Positions 41,367 to 46,695 of a DNA stretch of 46,695 nt are shown piece by piece. The notes below the pieces were generated by a model that was not told where the DNA came from, made no database searches, and saw nothing but the letters and a program-made list of their open reading frames with translations. How positions within the stretch are numbered: the stretch's first letter is position 1; each line of letters begins with the position of its first letter. Origin of the DNA: Halobacteriales archaeon SW_10_66_29 (GTDB taxonomy: Archaea > Halobacteriota > Halobacteria > Halobacteriales > Haloarculaceae); the NCBI GenBank assembly GCA_003022845.1, contig PXSF01000041.1, positions 1-46,695 of the forward strand. Direction: 5' to 3'. The translations under genes were made by a program, and so were the position numbers.

Positions 41367-42272
41367 ATGGATGGATCAGCCCACGACTCCGACGCGGGCG
41401 GGGACGGCGACGTGCCGCCAGACCTCCGCCGGGGGCTGTTGGACACCGTCCAGCGGCTCGCAGGGATCGGCGTCTGGTCGTACGACGATAGGACTGAGAC
41501 CCTCTATGTGAGCGATCGGACACGACAGATCCACGACATCGCCGACGCGGGGGCGTTGACGGTCGAGGAGCTGACGGCCTGTTACTCGGCGGCGGACCAG
41601 TCACGGGTGCTGGCGGGGTTCGAGGGCGCACTCGAGGACGGCGAGCCGTTCACCGCCGACGTCGCGATCAGCAGCGAGGGGACGACCGAGCGGACCGTCC
41701 GGTTACGCTGTGAGCCCTATCACGAGGACGGGACAGTCATCGGCCTTCGCGGGACGGCTGCGGACGTGACCGACGAGAAACTCCGCGAACGGCGCATCGA
41801 GTTGCTCCGGGAGACGAACATGCGCCTCAAGCAGGCGAGTTCCCCGGCGGGGGTCGCCGAGGTGCTGGTGGACGCGGCGAAGAACATCCTCGGGCTGGTG
41901 TATACGACCGTCCGGCTCGTCGACGACAGCCAGGAGACGCTGCACACGGTCGTAGTGACCGAGGAGTGCGTCGAGCGCGCGGGCGAGCGGCCTGACTACC
42001 CCGTCGAGGACGACAACCCGGCATCGCGGGTCTTCCGGACGGGCGAACCCGAAGTCTACCGCGAGATCGGGCCGAACTTCGACGACTGGGACCGGGGCGA
42101 CCTCGTCTGTGGGATCTACGTCCCAATCGGGGACCATGGGGTACTGAGTACCGGGGATGTCGTCGCCGAAGCGTTCAACGAACAGGACGTGGAGGCGGCC
42201 AGCCTCATCGGCGAACTCGGCGGCGACGCCATCACCCGTCTCAAGTGGGGCAAGCGCTCGCGCGCGATCTGA
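41367..42272 (+). CDS. Stand-alone PAS + GAF sensory protein
   Basis: GIGVWSYD...LYVSD...GLRGTAADVT (PAS/PAC) followed by SRVFRTGE...YVPIGDHGVL (GAF); no output domain. Confidence 0.75.
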   Translation: MDGSAHDSDAGGDGDVPPDLRRGLLDTVQRLAGIGVWSYDDRTETLYVSDRTRQIHDIADAGALTVEELTACYSAADQSRVLAGFEGALEDGEPFTADVAISSEGTTERTVRLRCEPYHEDGTVIGLRGTAADVTDEKLRERRIELLRETNMRLKQASSPAGVAEVLVDAAKNILGLVYTTVRLVDDSQETLHTVVVTEECVERAGERPDYPVEDDNPASRVFRTGEPEVYREIGPNFDDWDRGDLVCGIYVPIGDHGVLSTGDVVAEAFNEQDVEAASLIGELGGDAITRLKWGKRSRAI

Positions 42273-42360
42273 TACCTGTGACCGACGCCAGCCTCGACAG
42301 CCGCCTCTCGCACCACGACGCCGGTCGCGACGGCCACCCCACGGCGGCAGTGGCGGTTCA

Positions 42361-42496
42361 TACTGTCGTGGGGAGTATTTCGGCCCGGCGGGAACGAGTC
42401 ACAACAATCACTATCATAGTGATTATTGTGAGTCGTTACGGGATCGACCGCATGACTGCGTGCGGTCGACCCGGTAAACAGTCACAATAATCACTA
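42361..42496. mobile_element. Tandem pair of MITE-like inverted-repeat elements: TCA-[42361-42413]-TCA-[42417-42496]-TCA
   Basis: Second copy has perfect 15-bp TIRs TAGTGATTATTGTGA/TCACAATAATCACTA and an internal hairpin; last TCA is the stop of the 42497 gene. Confidence 0.7.
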
Positions 42497-42847
42497 TCAG
42501 TCGGCTTCCTCCTGCAGGATCTCCGCCAGCCGGCTCTTGCCCAGCTCCTCGATGAGTACCGAGAGTTCGAGTATCTTCTCCTCGCCGAGCTCGTCGACGA
42601 GTGCCTCGATCTCGTCGGCCGTGAACGTCCGCGCGAGGCTGGCCATCGTCTCGACGACCTCCGCGGTCCGGTCGGCGACCGCTGCACTCGGCGCGACCGT
42701 CAATGGGCGGTTGACGAACTCCCCGTCCTTGTAGTAACAGAACCGGAGCTGGTTCCCGTCGGCCGACTCCGGCGTAACGATCTGCACGACGCCGTATCCG
42801 CCCTCCCATTCGTCGACCGTCCGTTCGAGCAGGGTGGTGTATCGCAT
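42497..42847 (-). CDS. Hypothetical acidic protein
   Basis: Acidic ORF; ATG at 42847 with TATA-like CTTATGAA ~25 nt upstream. Confidence 0.65.
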   Translation of the reverse strand: MRYTTLLERTVDEWEGGYGVVQIVTPESADGNQLRFCYYKDGEFVNRPLTVAPSAAVADRTAEVVETMASLARTFTADEIEALVDELGEEKILELSVLIEELGKSRLAEILQEEAD

Positions 42848-43072
42848 AGTACAACCGAAAACGCTTGTGTTCATAAGCCTTCTGGATTATAATACCCGTG
42901 CTCGCGTCCGCAAGTGATCACGAGTCTGATCGATCGGTCGTCTCCGCCCCGGGTATCAACGCCCACGTACGGGCAGCGAGTTCGTCACGGCCGGGGACGC
43001 GCTGCCTGGGGAGGGTCGCCGGGGCAGTCGTTTCGCAACGATTAAACCTGCCGACAGCCACCAATCACCTGC

Positions 43073-43145
43073 GGGCCGGTGGGGTAGCTTGGTATCCTTC
43101 GGCCTTCGGGTGGCCGTAACCGCAGTTCGAATCTGCGCCGGCCCA
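43073..43145 (+). tRNA. tRNA-Pro (anticodon CGG)
   Basis: Acceptor GGGCCGG/CCGGCCC-A, D arm, anticodon stem CGGCC/GGCCG with loop TTCGGGT, T loop TTCGAAT; ATTAAA box ~30 nt upstream; T-tract downstream. Confidence 0.97.
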
Positions 43146-43229
43146 TACCGGCTTTGGGCTTTTTCCAGGGTCTGCTGACACGTAGTGGTGGTTCTCGGGG
43201 GTGGTGCGCGTGAGTACGACCACCCCTGA

Positions 43230-43338
43230 TACTGATTGTTGTGATTATTTTCGGGACCACCTCACGTGAACGGTTGGTTCGCGGGCTAAAGCCCACGAAT
43301 TGTGACTCCCCGGCGGTAACGACTCACAACAATCAGTA
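43230..43338. mobile_element. MITE-like element with 15-bp TIRs flanked by TGA on both sides
   Basis: TACTGATTGTTGTGA ... TCACAACAATCAGTA; TGA at 43227-43229 and 43339-43341. Confidence 0.75.
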
Positions 43339-43453
43339 TGAGGTCGTCGACGAGGCATTTGCCAAAATTGAACTGTAGATGACCGTTGGATGTGCATAGA
43401 TTTCGGCAGCAAGTGGCGAGGCTTTATCAATCAGAGCGTCTCAAATCACATCA

Positions 43454-44446
43454 ATGGCCGAGGCCGAGGATCTACGTGAATTTGTGCCTGAGAGTTGTGA
43501 GGAGTTGTTCGAAAAATCATCGACGGAACTCCGATCGGCTATCCCTGAACTTGCTCGAGACAAGGGGCGGATGAAAGAGATAGAGAGGGCTGTAAAATCA
43601 CTCCCGTCCCACCACGAACTCTACCAGCGTGACTCTCGAGACCTGAGCTTTCTCGACGATGAGAGCGTACATCTGGCAGTCACTAGCCCACCGTATTTCA
43701 ATCTCAAGGACTATGAAAACGGGACTGGCGGAGAGGACCAACTTGGTGACATAGACAATTACGATCACTTCAATGAGCAGGTTGATCAAGTGTGGAACCA
43801 GATATACGACAAACTCGTTCCAGGGGGGCGGTTAGTTGTCGTAATTGGTGATGTACTTCGATCCCGGAGTGAACATGGTCGGCATCGTGTGCTCCCGCTT
43901 CATGCGACTATTCAAGAGCACTGCGTCGAAATGGGGTATGATAATCTCGCTCCGATCATCTGGTACAAGCTCGGGAATGCCTCACTCGAATCAGGTAGTA
44001 ACGCTCGGTTCCTGGGGAAACCCTACGAACCCGGAGCAGTCATTAAAAACGACATTGAGTATATCCTCCTTTTCAGAAAATCCGGGGGGTATCGTTCCCC
44101 CTCGGTCGAGGAGAAAATCCTCAGTGTCATCGAGGCCGACGAACACCAACAGATGTTCCGCCAGCTCTGGGATGATATTAACGGAGAGCCCCAGGTTAAC
44201 CATCCCGCACCGTTCCCCGTCAAGTTGGCTGAGCGCCTTATTCGAATGTTCTCATTCGTCGGTGATACCGTTCTGGACCCCTTTGCTGGCACAGGAACCA
44301 CATCGGTAGCCGCATCACGTGTCGGTCGAAATTCCATCTCGATTGAACTGGAAGAGCAGTATCTCGACGTTGCTGAGAGAAGAATGCAGGATGAGCGGGG
44401 CAAACTCACAAATTATCAGAATCTGAGTGTGGATATCTCTCGTTAG
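43454..44446 (+). CDS. N4-cytosine/N6-adenine DNA methyltransferase (beta class)
   Basis: VTSPPY (motif IV) precedes HPAPFP and DPFAGTGTT (motif I); visibly lower GC than flanks. Confidence 0.93.
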   Translation: MAEAEDLREFVPESCEELFEKSSTELRSAIPELARDKGRMKEIERAVKSLPSHHELYQRDSRDLSFLDDESVHLAVTSPPYFNLKDYENGTGGEDQLGDIDNYDHFNEQVDQVWNQIYDKLVPGGRLVVVIGDVLRSRSEHGRHRVLPLHATIQEHCVEMGYDNLAPIIWYKLGNASLESGSNARFLGKPYEPGAVIKNDIEYILLFRKSGGYRSPSVEEKILSVIEADEHQQMFRQLWDDINGEPQVNHPAPFPVKLAERLIRMFSFVGDTVLDPFAGTGTTSVAASRVGRNSISIELEEQYLDVAERRMQDERGKLTNYQNLSVDISR

Positions 44447-44489
44447 TAGTCTGGCGATTTGTATTCGTCTGTAAGCACCAATCTAGTCG

Positions 44490-44695
44490 TCACTCATCAT
44501 CGAATCGCTCCTGCTGAATGTCTATATTCCCCTCCACATGCGCAACAAGCGACCGAGCAAATCGGCCGAACCGAAGTTCTTCATTCGGGTGCCAGTACTT
44601 CCCATCAAGTCCCTGCTCTTGGTCACTTAAATCTTACCGGAGTCCCGCTGCACGGCCTTCTTGACTGCTTCGTCGTCAACGTGTTCGCTGAATTA
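44490..44695 (-). pseudogene. Probable relic of a PaeR7I/XhoI-like restriction endonuclease
   Basis: 44490-44630 reads LSDQEQGLDGKYWHPNEELRFGRFARSLVAHVEG...*, recalling the C-terminus of this family; no start codon; convergent with the MTase. Confidence 0.4.
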
Positions 44696-44779
44696 TGCAA
44701 GAGCCTCAAGATGATAGCGTCAGTAGTAGTAGCGAAGTCCTAGCGAGCGGTCGGGAACGTTCAGGGCCCCAGTTCCACC

Positions 44780-46251
44780 TCAATCTTCGACGTCAAACTC
44801 CGACCCACCGACAGGGCCGCGCTCCTCGATGTCAGGCTCCCCGTCCATTTCACCAACCTCACCACCGGAGCCAGCGTCGTCCTCGATCACGCCCTCCGTC
44901 CAGCGGCCCAGCCGGAACCAGAACACGGCCAGCACGAACGAGGCGAACGCACCGACCGAGAAGGCGGCCCAGATGCCCACGACGCCGATACCCAGCCCCT
45001 CGACGGCGATGGCAGTCCCCGGGATCGCGAGCGTCGAGAACGCCAGCCCGAGCGCGACAGGGATGCGGAACACCCACCGCGAGAGGAAGGATAGCGCCAT
45101 CGCCACCTTCGTCTGGCCGGCGCCGCGGAACGCGCCCTGGATCACCATCGTGCCCCCGAAGAAGGCCCAGAACGGCGCGATGTAGTACAGGAACGTCACC
45201 CCTTCCTCGATCACTGCGGGGTCGTCGACGAAGATGCCCATCATGAACCGGGGGAAGACGACGCAAAGCGCCGCGGCAGCGAACAGAAAGCCCATCGTCG
45301 CGGCGGTGGCGACCCACGTGACCCTGGCCGCCCGGTCGGCCGTGTTCGCCCCGATGTTCTGCCCGACGCCAGTCACCACGAGACGGACATGAGCCGCACG
45401 CCGATGCCGTAGGCCGCGATTGCAGCAGTCCCAAAGGGCGTCACGAACGAGGCCATTGCGACCGCCGCGAAGCTGCGCGCCCAGCCGTCGATCGTCGCCG
45501 GGTAGCCGACGTCCACCAGCTTCGTCAGAATGGCGGGATCGGGCACCAAGTCCCGCGGGTGGAGTTTCACGCCGAAGCCGCCCCGCAGCAAGATTCCGAC
45601 GCCGGCGGCGGTGACGAACGCCCGCGCGGCGAACGTCGCCCACGCCGCGCCGCGGGTGCCCATCGCCAGGAACGGCCCCCAGCCCAGGATCAGGAACGGG
45701 TCCAGCACCACGTTCAGCCCCGCCGAGCCGAGCATCAGCCACATCGCGGTCTTCGTGTCGCCGGCGCCCTGCAGCGACGCCCGGAACGCGAAAAAGAGGA
45801 AGGTCAGCGGCAGCGCGAAGAAGATCACCTCGATGTACTCCAGCGCGTCGACGAACACCTGCCCCTCGGCACCCATCGTCGAGAGCAGCTCGTGGCGGAA
45901 CGTCCACCCCAGCGCCGCGAGCGTCACCGACACCGCGATCGTCAGCAGGATCGTCTGGGCGACAACCCGGTCGGCCTGGCGGTCGTCGCCCGCGCCGACG
46001 TACTGCGAGACGAGTGCGATGGTCGCCGCGGTGATCCCCATCGCCGTCGAGACGAACATCCACGTGAGTGGGAACATGAGCGACACCGCGCCCACCGCGT
46101 CGGCGCTCACCCGTCCCACCCAGAACATATCGGCGAGGTTGTAGAACGTCTGCAGGAGGTTGCCGAGCACGAGCGGGTACGCCAGCACCAGCAGCTTCGG
46201 GGCGATCGTCCCCGTCGTCATGTCGACCCGCTTGCGCTCGCTCTCTGCCAC
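44780..46251 (-). CDS. MATE family efflux transporter; frame break near 45374
   Basis: DMTTGTI...NLLQTFYNLADMFWVG, QGAGDTKT, then ...RLMSVSW | TGVGQNIGA...FRGAGQT in a second frame. Confidence 0.85.
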
Positions 46252-46393
46252 TTCCGATTCTAGCGGTGGAATCGTGATGAAAGCGACGCTTTGTCTCTCT
46301 GTCTGTGATTGGAGCGATGGTTCTCGACATGATGTCGGTGTGAACGTTCCCGCGAGGAAATGCTGGTACGGCTCTCGTCGTGACGACAGTGCT

Positions 46394-46695
46394 GAAAGCC
46401 CCCGCCCGCTCGACTCGCGCGCCTCGCTGCGCGCGCTCCCTGCGGTCGCGTGCTTACGTCGGCGTGCTTCGTCGAGCACCGGGAAGCGGAGCTTCCCGAG
46501 CAATCGGCGGCTTAATGAACGAGAGAAGTGTTGGGAGTCGGGGTGTCGAAAGCCCCAGGTCGCTCAACTCCGTTCGCCTCGTCGTCCGAGAATCTTTAGT
46601 AATTCACAGAAGCTATTGAGGAATCTGGGAGAGATGAAACAGCAGGTTCGAGACAGAGAACGCCCCAGGTCGCTCGACTGCGCTCACTTCGCTAC
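46394..46695 (+). repeat. Cluster of three haloarchaeal GAAAGCCCC...CGCTCGACT palindromic intergenic repeats
   Basis: Copies at 46394-46415, 46548-46569 and 46658-46679; first followed by GC-rich hairpin sequence. Confidence 0.65.

Noticed and set aside
42361-43341. Repeats as a CRISPR array
   Set aside because: They are inverted, irregularly spaced and dispersed, with no constant repeat-spacer period and no cas genes
43146-44780. Integrated provirus or integrative element at tRNA-Pro
   Set aside because: No integrase, viral genes or repeated tRNA 3' end found

Overview
High-GC haloarchaeal (Halobacteria) chromosomal window, judged from acidic proteins, Tat lipoproteins, a HalOD1 protein, TrmY and a sensory rhodopsin. 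Left to right it holds: a ugpBAEC-type glycerol-3-phosphate ABC operon; an FAD/Fe-S oxidoreductase; a ~21 kb surface-polysaccharide locus (nucleotide-sugar dehydrogenases, flippase, GT4, formyltransferase-like, deacetylase, two beta-helix proteins, heparinase II/III-like lipoprotein, AsnB-like and DegT-like proteins); a 7-TM protein plus pseudokinase pair divergent from an htrII-sopII phototaxis operon; trmY; an EII-less PTS pair (HPr + EI) beside an IclR / Tm-1-like / cupin / PEP-hydrolase-like TIM-barrel unit; a PAS-GAF protein; tRNA-Pro(CGG) followed by a lower-GC DNA methyltransferase and a probable restriction-endonuclease relic; and a MATE transporter. The best candidates for undescribed biology are (1) the PTS-linked Tm-1/TIM-barrel/cupin module, (2) a family of small inverted-repeat elements bounded by TGA/TCA triplets, several at stop codons, and (3) the pseudokinase/7-TM pair next to an atypical SRII. 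Several genes show abrupt frame breaks that may be assembly artefacts. All family calls come from motif recognition, not database searches.
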